From contig JAVECO010000028.1 of the NCBI GenBank assembly GCA_051942205.1, positions 62,001 to 126,000 of the forward strand: a stretch of 64,000 nucleotides of DNA, written 5' to 3'. The notes below the pieces were generated by a model that saw nothing but the letters and a program-made list of their open reading frames with translations, was not told the DNA's origin and did not search any database. Positions within the stretch are counted from its first letter, which is position 1, and each line of letters starts with the position of its first letter. A program made the translations under genes and the position numbers. Shown here in pieces: positions 13,702 through 25,993 of this stretch. This stretch comes from Coniocarpon cinnabarinum. Its lineage: Eukaryota.

Positions 13702-15512
13702 CTACCAAGGGATGCGAATTTGTTTTCCAAACAGTTCGCGGTCGATCAATGTTATGTCTTCCACTGAGAGCCGGCGATCGGACTCATCTTCCTCCATAGT
13801 GTCCATAATTTGGCGGAAAAGGTCTGGCTCGTTCCCATAGCGTCCAAGTAATGTACCCATGTTCAGGCCTGCCAGTCTATCGCCAGTAGTGTGGACTCCA
13901 ATCACTTCTAGCCGGTCGCCTTCGACTCGAAAGATGGGTCCGCCTGATGTGCCTAAAGAAGTGTTAACACGATCTCTAGTATCGCAAATCATGTGAGTAA
14001 CTGACCGTGGCTAGTGTCTAGCTTGTAAGACAGACGATCCTGCAGAGTTCCAAGTCTGCCCTCCATCTTCTGACTAGCACTGTACATGATAGATCCTTGC
14101 TTCTCCTTATCATTCGCTGGTAGATCATCAGGGTAGCCTACGACTCTGATCGTAACGTTCATCTCCCTGATAGGAGTTTCTTTATAGCGGAAGGGATTGA
14201 CTGATTCGAAAGGAGCCTCAAGTCGGATACATGCAAAGTCATGCTTCTGCCACACCACAGAATGATCTTTCGCGTCGCGAGCGTAATAACCCTGGTGCAC
14301 AGCAACACTTTTTGCATATCTGATTTGATGACCGTCGGCTGTGTTGGCAGGAACTTTGGACCCGTCATAACCCGTGGCCACTCTCACCCGTTTGACGTGC
14401 TCCGGTCCGTAGTGTCCTACGTAGTAAATGTTGTGTGCAGCGGTGATGACAGTGCGGTCATCGATGAGCCACCCTGAGCCACAAAGTGGATATGGTCTCT
14501 CATGATACCACATCCATATTTTACACACACCTTGCAACATGAAGTCAGTCATGGGCCGTACACCACGTTCAGAGAAATCGTTACCTCGATACATGCCCCA
14601 AGGTTTGAGCTCTTTGTCGGGTACTGGTTCTCGCTCGTAAATCCCAAAAGCCCTTTCCGGGATCGACGGCCAATCTGCTGTTTCTTTTGACAGATTGTCA
14701 GACAAGTTGCGGAGAGAAATTTGCTTTACCTGGCTTTCTCCTGTAAGTGCCAACCTCCAATAAACAACGGCAGCCTGATCGTTCAATACTGAAAATTCTG
14801 GAATTGCCGAGACTCTCAAACGTGTAATGGCCTTGTTCATCATTCGTAAAGCGCTCCTAGCATACCTGAAGTGCGTTTGAGTAGTCTCATTATTGAGGGT
14901 CCACGCAACTCCTATGTCCAGACTTGTACCCGATTCATTTACGCCTCTCCGACCGGACAGATAACGTCTGAACTCCTGCGAAAAAAATTGTGCGCCTGTT
15001 ACTGCAATGTGAGGCTTCGAAGAACTCTCTTCTTCGTTGTACCCAATGATGAGCATATTTACGGTATCCTTCTGCTCGTGCGTCCACTCGTGTCTGATTC
15101 TAATGGCTTTAGCAAGAGCATTTAATTGTGCATCAAATCCTCCTTGTCCCTCCTTGAATTCGATGAAATCCTGCGGCCCCAACAGAAGTCGAAGTCTAGC
15201 ATCATCTACTTGGCTCTCCGGAATACCCTGCGGTACTTCTACAGATAATCTGGGAAGAATCTCTGCCCAGATAGCTCGATACTCGGCATAGAGCTCACGA
15301 AGCTCGATCGCTGGTGTTGGAAGCTCTTTAAGGACTCGCGTTGACTGTAGCAGATAGTGAATCTGTTCAACATTTAATTCTACACTCAATTCCCGTGCAG
15401 CAGTGATGACTTTCAGTTTGATGGCAGGAGATCTGGGCTGGCCCGATGGAGGCTGTTTGCTGAACAGTTCGAGTGCAGTCACGGGAACGTTGGTCGCTGC
15501 CGTTCCCTCCAT
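13702..15512 (-). CDS. Trypsin-fold (V8/glutamyl endopeptidase-like) serine protease with a ~310-aa unknown N-terminal region and no signal peptide
   Basis: CGSGWLI, TAAHN (His), HDFACI (Asp). The intron at 13953-14005 (GTCAGT...TTTAG) joins DTSH-G to TSGGP, giving DTSHGTSGGP (Ser), followed by VIGVH. Confidence 0.85.
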
Positions 15513-16460
15513 CTTGTCTGTTGTTTTGCTGTTCAAGACACGACAGACCAGCGAGGGGCGAGTCAACTTTATAGGCGATTTTAAGTTACACCCGGGGATT
15601 TTGCCATGACTCTACCCCACTCTGAGCATGCACAAGAACATGATACAAAACCATCGATCAGGCGACTTGATAGTCGATCAGTGGTATGTAGTGAGAGTGT
15701 ACAAAGCACACAGCTCTCCTTTTTGGGGAAAGAGACTCTGTCGAGTCGTGTCGCTGTGCAGTGTGAGCTTTCAATGGCATGGTACTGAGAGCATCGCGGC
15801 CATTGCCAAATGTTACACGTACGCTCTTTCTTACCACTTTCCACTCACATGACTCGGTCTACAGATTTCTCCAAATCACAGCGTTGTTGTGATTGGGAGG
15901 ATTTGTTGCGCAAGCTCTTCGAAAGCACGCGTGCTGCGCATACCTGCGGAGTACCAATGCTGGAAACGGCGGAGGTTGGGCTGCACGGCATGCAATTTTC
16001 TGATGGGCACAGACGTGCACGGGGCGAATGTGGCGACGGGCTGAGGTGTGACTCTGGACCTCGCACCCATAGCCTCCCGGTTTTCCGGCTTTGTGGCCAG
16101 CTTGTGCTTTGGTAAAGCAAAGCTACTGGGATCTTAGCTGTCGTGGTCATCTCGGCGCTGTTGGCCTTCAATCTCAGGCGCTTCTGAACGGGGCTGCTTC
16201 GGAAGCTTCTCCGAGCCTGTCTGGCAACGATGCGGAATCTTTAGCTGCAGGTCTAGATCGATGACGATTTTGGTCGCAGATCTACGACATGCCAAATTGG
16301 AGACATCCTCACGCCATGTGAGCAACGCCAACGACATGATAGATCTTTTTAGCTGTCTAAGCTCTCTATCATCGGCCTCGGAGCTATACCCATACAAGAT
16401 GAGATGATCCAACTTTTCCGACCTCCGCTCTTTTGAGCTACCATCCATACCGCACGGGAC

Positions 16461-17593
16461 ATGTCCAATGGCTCTAAGCAGCCATCCTCGAGTAAGTTCT
16501 TCCCATTCGTCCTCTTCATAGACAAAACAGGTGCTGAACGCCTTTAGCATTCCACCTGCTAGCCGGTACAGCCTCTGGTTTCACAACCTCCATCCTCCTC
16601 CAACCCTTCGACCTCCTCAAGACCCGGGTCCAGCAATACACTCCCAGCTCTTCTTCCTCTGCTGCAGCACGCTCTTCCTATCCCATCCTTAACGCTTTTC
16701 GCACCATCCTCTCCCAACCCGCACCGCTCCAACAACTCTGGCGCGGCACCCTTCCGTCTGTCATCCGTACCAGCGCAGGAAGCGGCCTGTATTTCGCAAG
16801 TCTTGAGCGTTTACGGCGCGGCATCGCGGACTATCAGGTCAAACAAAACATCTCACATCATGTCTCGCAAGCTTCTGCTTCAGCGCAGTCGAAGTCGGCT
16901 TTGCCGAAACTCGGCGTCGCTGGTAATCTCATCACAGGTGCTACTGCACGCGCGAGTGTGGGATTCCTTATGATGCCGATTACCGTTCTCAAAGTTCGCT
17001 TCGAGTCTACTATTTACACGGCGCCCTCTTCCAGGTTCTCCGCGTCGCACTCGACCGGTCAGAGCCGCGTCAAGAATCCGTATACAGCCTTGATCCCGGC
17101 GACGAGAGAGATCCTGCGCACGGAAGGCATGCGCGGGTTTTTCAAGGGAGCGGGCGCAACGGCTGTGCGCGACGCGCCGTATGCTGGGATCTATCTTGGC
17201 TTCTACGAGAGTTGCAAGTCGACGTTGACAGCCCTCTTGTCACCCAGCGCTCTGTCCACATCCGGCTCTCCCACCTCCACCAACGCCACCTCCATAGCGG
17301 CGTCCACGGCGACCTCCCCCGCAACAATCACATTCCTCTCCGGCGCGTTCGCCGGCGCACTCGCAACAGGCATTACCAACCCCCCGGACGTAATCAAGAC
17401 ACGACTCCAGCTCATGCCCTTAAAATACACAAACGCGCTTCAAACAGTGCGCATCATGGTTGCCGAAGAGGGCTGGAAGAGCTTATGGGGAGGACTGGGA
17501 CTGAGAGTCGGACGAAAAGCTCTCAGCTCCGCGCTGGCTTGGACGGTGTATGAAGAAGTTATCAGGCGGATTGGGGAGCGCAGTTCAATATAG
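16461..17593 (+). CDS. HEM25: Mitochondrial glycine carrier (SLC25A38/Hem25 family)
   Basis: Exon 16461-16491, intron 16492-16547. Three carrier repeats: PFDLLKTRVQ, PITVLKVRFES, PPDVIKTRLQ. Also RDAPYAGIY and RKALSSALAWTVYE, typical of SLC25A38. Confidence 0.88.
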
Positions 17594-18148
17594 GTGGTGA
17601 CATGCATGAGACTGGGTTGGAGACGTGCGAAGTTACCGCGTCAAGGCACATATAAGATCTGCGTTGAGCTTCTCATTCGTTTCCAGCTTGGCGAAGTGCT
17701 TACTGGATCTGAAGATCTTCTATGGAAAGGCAGAGAGAGGAAGAAGACGCCGTCGCAAAACCAACAGTTGACTGCGACATTTGTACGATATGGTGGGAAC
17801 TCAATTTCTGGCGACCGGATGCGGTTGAAAAACACACCGACCTCTTTACAGACTGCGCAAGACGCGCATGACCGGAAGGCGGTCAGTGGTGTAGGATAGT
17901 CAGGGGCACTTCCTCTCAATGTATAGATGTACAAATTCAATGTACCATAAAGCAGGTCAAGCAGCTCAAAAGCAAGCAAACAATCACGACAAAATATGCA
18001 CGATTCTATTAGCAATCGCTGTCGTACATGTTCCCCTTCATTCATTCGCTCCGTTGAACGCTTCAAAGCAAACATCGTTACGTCCACGCCTGCATGTCGT
18101 CAGGCCGCCAATCACGCAGTACGCACTCATTGCAACAGTGATAGCGTT

Positions 18149-19795
18149 CTACTCCTCAGGCTCAAGTGGAGCCTCCTCCTCATCGTACTCGTCCGCATCT
18201 GACGCACCCGCTTCTTGGTATTGCTGGTACTCGGATACTAAATCGTTCATGTTGCTCTCGGCTTCAGTAAATTCCATCTCGTCCATTCCCTCACCCGTGT
18301 ACCAGTGCAAGAACGCCTTGCGCCTGAACATGGCTGTGAACTGGTCGCCGACACGCTTGAAGAGCTCTTGAATGGATGTAGAGTTGCCAACGAACGTCGA
18401 TGACATCCTCAAGCCACGTGGTGGGATCGAGCAGAGAGCAGTCTGCACGTTATTCGGAATCCACTCGACGAAGTAGGATGAGTTCTTGTTCTGGACGTTT
18501 CGCATCTGGTCTTCAACCTCCTTCATAGACACATTGCCACGGAAAATAGCAGAGCAGGTCAGGTAGCGCCCGTTGCGGAAGTCAGAGGCGGCCATCATAT
18601 TCTTGGGGTCGTACATCTGTTGAGTGAGGTCGGGAACAGTGATAGCGCGGAAGGAGTGAGCTCCACGGCTCGTGAGTGGAGCGAAACCGACCATGAAAAA
18701 GTGTAGACGAGGGAAGGGAACCATGTTCACGGCGAGTTTTCGGAGGTCAGAGTTGAGCTGTCCAGGGAAACGTAAACAGGTGGTCACACCAGACATGACG
18801 GCAGACACGAGGTGGTTGAGATCGCCGTAGGATGGGTTGTTCAGCTTCAAAGTTCTCATACAGATGTCATACAGAGCCTGTATTGTATGAGCATTTATTA
18901 GAAAACCTTCTGTTGGACATGCGGGTCATACCTCGTTATCAATGCAGAACGTCTCGTCAGAGTTCTCGACTAGCTGATGAACGGACAAGGTGGCATTGTA
19001 AGGCTCGACAACGGTATCTGAGACTTTAGGAGACGGGACGACAGAGAAAGTGGCCATCATGCGGTCTGGAAACTCCTCTCGAATCTTGGAGATCAAGAGC
19101 GTGCCCATACCAGCGCCGGTACCTCCACCTAGGGAGTGTGTGATCTGGAAACCTTGGAGGCAGTCACATCCTTCGGCTTCCCGACGGATCACGTCAAGAA
19201 CTTGGTCGACCAACTCAGCGCCTTCAGTGTAGTGTCCCTTGGCCCAGTTGTTGCCCGCGCCAGATTGGCCATGCACAAAGTTGTCAGGACGGAAGAGTTG
19301 ACCAAAAGGACCGGCACGAACGGCGTCCATGGTGCCTGGCTCGAGGTCGACGAGAACAGCGCGTGGGACATATTTCTTGCCACTGGCTTCATTGAAGTAC
19401 ACATTCATGCGCTCAAGCTGAAGATCTGAAGTGCCATTGTATCTGCAACTGTCAGAATCTGATTACGAACGCATGCAAATCGCAGCTACCCACTCGCCAG
19501 AGCCATCGAGCCCGTGCTCGCCGGAGATTATTTGCCTATCAATGTTAACATGTCGAGTCTTGTTGAAAAGGATGCCTGACCAGGAAACTCACCAGAACGC
19601 AGCACCAATTTGATTACCCTTCGAGATGTTAGCTCAGACCCTATGAGTATTCGAACGGCACAACATTGGCAACATACGCATTGCCCGGTTTGAAGGTGGA
19701 CCTAAGTGAGGAGCCTTTGTTAGCCATATCGTCTGAAGTGAAAAAACGCGGGGCAACGCGTTGGTCTCGGCGACTGCACTTACAATTTCACGCAT
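18149..19795 (-). CDS. TUB2: Beta-tubulin with 5 introns
   Basis: [29 protein letters not shown]...; GGGTGAG motif; [18 protein letters not shown]; acidic C-terminal tail. Last intron at 18878-18931. Confidence 0.98.
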
Positions 19796-20592
19796 GGTGG
19801 AGATTTACACGTGAAGTAATGCTGGAGTACGGACAGGAGACTCGAAGGATGGGCGATGAGGGGGAGTCGTGCGGCGTGGAGGAAGTTGTGGACGCCTGAA
19901 GAAGCAATGGCGGTGGTGCAGTGGATTTGTTTAGGCCTGCAGCTCTCTCTGTTGTCTCTTGTGGATCGGCCTTTCCCCTTCTGGACAAGGAGACCGGGGC
20001 GCGCCCGGAACTTTTGTGACACTCACAATGTTTAATGCAGTAGCCTACGCTACAACTCACTTGGCTTGGGGTTGGACATTGCACTACATCGTGGTGAATA
20101 TAATGCTACCTATTCGCGTTAGAGTCAGGCGGTGTGGGCGTAGTGACATCCTGTAAGTTTCAGCATAGAATGGACGTCACCCAGTGCGTTCAGTCCAAAA
20201 AGGCGGCGGCAGGAGCTTGAGCTCTACTACTAGGTAAATGTAGCCCGTACACGGCTCAACACGGTAGACAATTACAGACCTGATTACCTTTCCGTGACCG
20301 CAATGCTGTATCATGTTCGTCGACTTGTTGTGTCTTTCCCCTGTTCTGACCCGCCAAGAGCAGCAGGCACCACAATTGTGTATTAGCGACCTTACTGAAG
20401 TCTCATGAATAGCCGTGCCGAACAACCACTGGGTACAACAAGCTCCCACGACATGACGCTTCATGCTTACGTGGCTGCCTGCACTGCTAAAACATTGCCA
20501 GCCGCATGGCCTGTATCTTGAACAGTTCGGGTTTAGTTTCCTTATTTTTGCTGTCTTGCGCTCTTGAGTCATTGCTTACTCGGTCAAGTACC

Positions 20593-20599
20593 TATAAAG
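20593..20599 (+). promoter_or_regulatory. Probable TATA box of the P450 gene
   Basis: TATAAAG about 150 nt upstream of the P450 ATG at 20741. Confidence 0.4.
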
Positions 20600-20740
20600 G
20601 GGGCAGCTACTGCTCCTCAGCACACACTTGACCAGTGGTATCCTGCGAATCGAAACACTCCTGGCCGCGACTGAAGCCTACGAATGATTGGAAACATTTC
20701 TCCCCATCCGCTGAGAGTGCACATAAGCTCTGTCTGAATT

Positions 20741-22618
20741 ATGGACCAAGTCGTGCACGCGGCGTCCATACTGAAGCCGTATGCTTTATGGCTGTCACCG
20801 CTGGTGCTAATTCTGCCGCTTGCATATTGGTATATGCTTCCGAAGCCCCTACCTGGGATTCCATATGATCCGGAATCAGCGCGGCGTATCATGTAGGTGT
20901 TTTCATTAAGTGTTTGTTGTCTACAAGTGTTGGCCTATTGACCAGATGAACGCAGGGGTGATATCCCAAAGCTGATCAAGCACGCAAAAGCCATACAAGA
21001 GGCTTCGGATTTTTTTGCCCTTCGCTGCTTGGAGCTCAATTCTCCGATTGTACAACTGTTTGTCAATGGAATCAAGCTACGCAACAATGTGAACGTTCTT
21101 GTTGTGAGCGACTTGCGTGAGATTGAAAACATCCTCACCCATCGCACCAAGGAGTTTGACCGGGCCGATATGTCCAACGACGGCTTCAGCACTGTCATCA
21201 ACGAGGCGACTATTGCCATGCCGTCTCACGATCGTTTCAAAGCTCAGCGGAAGTTGTGGGCTGGCACCATGACGCCGGAGTTTCTCAGCAAGATTGCACC
21301 CAGGTATCTCTACGACAGCGGCATGAACCTCGTCCACCTTTGGCAGCGGAAGGAGGAATTGGCCCAAGGATGCCCGTTTGACGCTGCAGAGGACCTGCGC
21401 TTCGAAGGCTTCGACGCCATTTGGGCATTCGAGGTAGGCAGAGAACTCGGCACTATCAAGGCCCAGCTCCAGCATCTCCAGAGCACTCAAGACGCCGATG
21501 TTACTGTTCCAACGACAACCGAGAAGCCGGTCGTCTTCCCCAAAGGCGAAGCTCCTGAGCTGTACCAAGCCATCGCCATGATCATCAAAGTCATGGAGAG
21601 CCTCGCGTACTCCATAGCGCCGCAAATCTCCTTTTGGGTCCAAACGCATATGCCCGGCTTCCGCCGCCGTATTCGCGCCAAAGAGGAGCACATGGACGGA
21701 CTCATTGCGGATGCTCGTGCTGAGTTTGAAAACAAGCAGTCACCACATGCTGATGAAACGGTTGCTACGAGCGCCATGGACCAGGTGCTCCGCCGTCTCC
21801 ACAATAGCAAAATCGGCACCCTCAACTCCAACACGAAAGAGCCAGACCGCCATCTCAAGGACGAACTCTTCCTCATGCTCCTCGCCGGCTATGAAACAAC
21901 CTCCACGTCTCTTTCCTGGGCTGTGAAATACCTCGCCGCTCACCCAGCTATACAAGACAAACTCCGCAACGCCCTCCGTGAAAACCTCGGCGACTCACAG
22001 ACTCCATCCGGTGAGAAAATCCTGAGCACCTCTATACCCTACCTCGACGCCACGATCAATGAAATCCTCCGCTGCTCCATGACCTCCGGCGGCGCCTCGC
22101 GCGAAGTCAAATGCGACACCAGTATCCTAGGCTATCCCGTTCCCAAGGGTACAATCGTCATCCTCAGCACAAACGGAAACAGCTACCTCTACGACCGCGA
22201 CCTGCCATCGCCGGCGGACGAGAAGAGGAGCGAAAGCACGAAACAATACAGCGGCGTGCGCGGGCAGCAGTATTCCTGGCCGCTGGAAGGCCGTCGCGAT
22301 TTCCGGCCGGAGCGATGGCTCCGTACTCAACCAAAAACGGATGAGAAAGGCGCAGAAAGCGAAGAAGTGGTCTTCGATGAGCATGCAGGTCCATCGTTGC
22401 CATTTGGATTGGGACCTCGAGGATGTTTCGGAAGGAGGCTGGCGATGGTGAAGTTGAGGATTACGCTCACGCTTATGGTGTTGGCGTTTGAGTTTTTAGA
22501 AGTGAAGGGCACGACGAAAGATGAGAAGGGGAAGGAGGTAGATATGGCGAGTTGGGCTGGGCGAGAGAAGTTGGCGAGGATGCCGCAGGTGACGTATGTG
22601 CGGTTGAGGGCTTTGTGA
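20741..22618 (+). CDS. Cytochrome P450 monooxygenase (N-terminus resembles TRI13-like fungal CYPs)
   Basis: TM anchor then PKPLPGIPY..SARRIM|GDIP (intron 20893-20955). I-helix AGYETT, K-helix EILR, PERW and heme motif FGLGPRGCFG. Confidence 0.95.
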
Positions 22619-22953
22619 ATGTGTACTCATAGTAAGAGGAAGGGAGCGTGCAGACGTCTCTGCTCTGCTGTACGGCAACGATGCTGGAGGTCTTTGTATA
22701 TATAGTTATCGCATATGAACCCGACTCAGTGGTGATGATCGTAAGGACTCTCTACACCGACAAAGGCTTGTTCGCCAAGTGCTTCAAGATTTTGATTGCA
22801 TTGAAAAGAATCATTTTGGGTCTCATTAAGAATGACATTCCGAATGGCGTTGTTCTCCATCTATTCTATAGCAGAGTGCAACCTTCTACGGCTTGCTTGC
22901 ACAAACCTCATCTATCGCCTCGCATATCTTACAAATAATGCAACTCCACAATC

Positions 22954-24036
22954 TCATTTCGCTTTTTTGGCCTCGCCATCCACGATCTCACCCCTTCGAG
23001 TGCCTGGCGGGCTCCTCTTCAGCTGCACTTCAGGCAGGCTCAGAAGCAGCCGCGGCCACACCAACTCATATTCGTCCGCCTTTCCGTTCATACAATGCCG
23101 CAGCCAGATGCCCCACACGATATAGAAATAGGCCCCCGTCCCCGTCATCAAATGCCACCATCCGTGCCCCTCCAGCAAAATGCCCCATGGCAGGCCAATC
23201 TCGCGTCTCCACCTGCGAATGGTCCCGCAGTAGACGTTGTCGAGTTGCCAGATGGCGAAGCCGCCCAGAAAGACGGTCAGTCCGTAAAAGACCATGCTCC
23301 ACATGCGGTTGAGGATCGCACGGTCTCGCGCGTCGAGGCGTGCTCGTTCCATCGGTGAGAGCAGGCCGGGCTTGTCAAATGGTGGCTTGGACGCGCGCAC
23401 TGCCCTCCCCGGACGCAGGTTACTCTCCATGACATAGAAGCCGCGGAAAAGAACCGTCGCGGTCAGCAGCGCGTACATCCGCTGATGGAACGTCGGGTCC
23501 TGCAGGTAATGGTAATATCCGGTGATGAAGACGGCAAGGCCACTGAGCGCCAGTGCTACGGCCAGTGCGTACACCCGACTACGCTTGTACGTGAAGGAGG
23601 AATAGCAGGAGATGCAGGTGGTGTAGATCATGGAGAGCTCGTCAACAAGCTGCATGGGATATTTGAGCGTGGAGTGGAAGAGGAAGGAGCCGCAGCCGAC
23701 GGCGGCATAGCCAGCGAAGGTGACGAGAAAGATTCTGTCGTGGTTGTTGCGGAGGCAGGAGCGAGCACCGAGAAGGGAGAGGACGACGAAGAGAAGATTA
23801 GTGAGGGTGTTCGTGATTTCGGCGGAGACGGGGGTGAGCCAGTAGTCCTGTATGACACAGTGAGTGCTTGCGTCTGGTGTACAACGAGATGAAGTTTGCA
23901 TGACAAGCTTTTGCTTGAGACAAATTAGGCAGAAACTCACCTCTTCACACCAGTTGATTGTGCTTGTCACGGGCAGCCACATGCCCGTGTCTGCGTAGCC
24001 TCGTGGGTATGGCCATGCCGGAAGCCAGGACGGCAT
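22954..24036 (-). CDS. Alkaline ceramidase (Ypc1/Ydc1 family)
   Basis: TSTINWCEE|DY (93-nt in-frame intron at 23848-23940), AEITNTLTN, GSFLFHSTL, QLVDELSM and LLEGHGWWH, with multiple TM helices. Confidence 0.93.
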   Translation of the reverse strand: MPSWLPAWPYPRGYADTGMWLPVTSTINWCEEVSFCLICLKQKLVMQTSSRCTPDASTHCVIQDYWLTPVSAEITNTLTNLLFVVLSLLGARSCLRNNHDRIFLVTFAGYAAVGCGSFLFHSTLKYPMQLVDELSMIYTTCISCYSSFTYKRSRVYALAVALALSGLAVFITGYYHYLQDPTFHQRMYALLTATVLFRGFYVMESNLRPGRAVRASKPPFDKPGLLSPMERARLDARDRAILNRMWSMVFYGLTVFLGGFAIWQLDNVYCGTIRRWRREIGLPWGILLEGHGWWHLMTGTGAYFYIVWGIWLRHCMNGKADEYELVWPRLLLSLPEVQLKRSPPGTRRGEIVDGEAKKAK

Positions 24037-24457
24037 GTCAATGATGGCAGCGATGGAGCTGTGAAGAAAAGAATAAGAGTCGATCTGAAGGAGCGTAGAC
24101 TCTGCAGTGGCCAGAGCAAGTGTCGACGAATGTATCGTTGACAAGTTGCCCGGAAGAGTAAAGAGAAAATAACACGACAAGGACCAGCTGAAGACGGTGG
24201 AAAGTTTGGTCGGTGTGATGTAACTCTCACATGCAAGATCAGGCACTCTGTAGGGCTGAGCTCTATCGATAGCTACACGCCAAGACGCGTCTACCTGTCT
24301 GAGAACTAACTCGATGGATTTTACCCAATACAAATTTCTCGGCCACTAGAAGAAGAGAGCTCAGCCTCATTTTGGAAGCCAAGGTTCTCACTGGACCTCG
24401 TTCAGCGCTGAAGTGACTGTTCGACCATCGCCACCCTATCTTACACGAAGACTGAAA

Positions 24458-24941
24458 ATGTCTATACCAAACGAGGCCCTGCAAAAGGTATGTGGTGAAG
24501 AAATTCAGCAGCAGGCAGGGACAAGAGTTTAACCTCGTCGAACAGCTTCTGCAGGAGATTGAGCAGAAGGCAGCAGTCTCGCAACAGCAGATTGCCATTG
24601 TAAAAGCACAAATCGCGGGTAAAAATCGCGAGAGCAGGCTGCTGCAGCTGACGATGAGCGAAATGTCCTCGATACCCAAAGAGACCCCGGTTTATGAAGG
24701 CATTGGCAAATTGTCAGTAAGAATATTCCTCGTCAAGTGGGTCGGTAAAACTGATTAGAAATTCCGTGCCAGCTTCGTGCAGACCAACACGACTGAGGTC
24801 AAAGAAAACATCGACAAGCAGAGCGGTGAACTCAAGACTGACATTTCGAATCTCGAAAAGAGACTGCACTACCTAGAAACGACCGCTAAGAACAGTCAGG
24901 CGCACATTGACCAAATGCTGAAGTCCGGAGGCAAATCATGA
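24458..24941 (+). CDS. PFD1: Prefoldin subunit 1
   Basis: MSIPNEALQK|LLQEIEQKA...TPVYEGIGK|FVQT...LEKRLHYLETTAKNSQAHIDQML. Two introns. Confidence 0.9.
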
Positions 24942-25993
24942 TTGAGGCTCAAGTCTGTCATTTTCGCCTAGTCCGCCTCAGCCACTGAAGGCGTTCAGCC
25001 AGGTGCTCAGGCGCTGATTGAGCCCGTGAGGTCATTGTCGAAACCCAATCTAGCTCAATTCAACACGTCAAGCCTTGTTTCAAGGACCACGTTGGCGAAG
25101 TCGCAAGTTAACCAATAGATTAAAACGGCTACGGAGGCGGGTACAACAGTGGAATTGCGGCATCTAGCCAGGAAGGCTCTGACAAGGCAGCCACGCTTAT
25201 CCTCATTCCGAGTCGTCATGCAGAGAAGCGTCTGGACAGTAACATTTCTGCCTCCACACACAACATTGCCGTACACCGCCTACGTGTTCGCAGTGCTCTT
25301 CACCAAAGACCGCGCACTTTTTGGAAGAATCGTCACCCAGACCACTCAGTCGAATGACGACGATTTCACCAAGCCCAACTGACTCGCGTCATCAGAACAC
25401 TGGGCGTATTTGAGGTGGCCAGCCTAAGACACTCCCGCGGCCGGACGAATACGAGGCGCGAAACGTGGCCCCCAAACGCTTGTCGTGCCGCTAGAGGCAA
25501 AAGCGTCTTACATGCATCGGTAGGCAAACTATCCATGGCATCTGATTTGACAAACATCTGCACGGCTACGTCTGATTTCAATGCTCTGGCAGGCTTATGA
25601 ATCCGTTAGTTCCTTGCCTTCTGGCCATTGCACCATATATTATCCCCCACCTTACCACCTACGTCGCACCGCATTCCATTGACAGCCTTGCGCTACAATT
25701 TGGACAGCTGTGCCACTTCTGGGCAGCGAGCATCGTCCAGCTGTCGCATCGGCGTAGCTCTCTCACTCAACAGAGCTTGCAGGAACTGCCGTCACTCAAC
25801 GGCCTCCCAACGTCTTTGCAAGCCGGCGGAATCTTCCAGTCCCACTCTTGGTAAAACGCTTTGTAAAAGCGCGAGAACCTCTCAGCTTTCCATTTCCAAA
25901 TCACGCGCACCGCTCCCATCTAGCCACACAACGTCTAAGAGGGAAACGCAGCTTTGACCTCTTCGTTCTCCAAATTCTGAACGCCTTATCAGA

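Noticed and set aside
22730..22810. TGATGA box C-like motif suggesting a C/D snoRNA
   Set aside because: No matching box D, terminal stem or identifiable rRNA guide.
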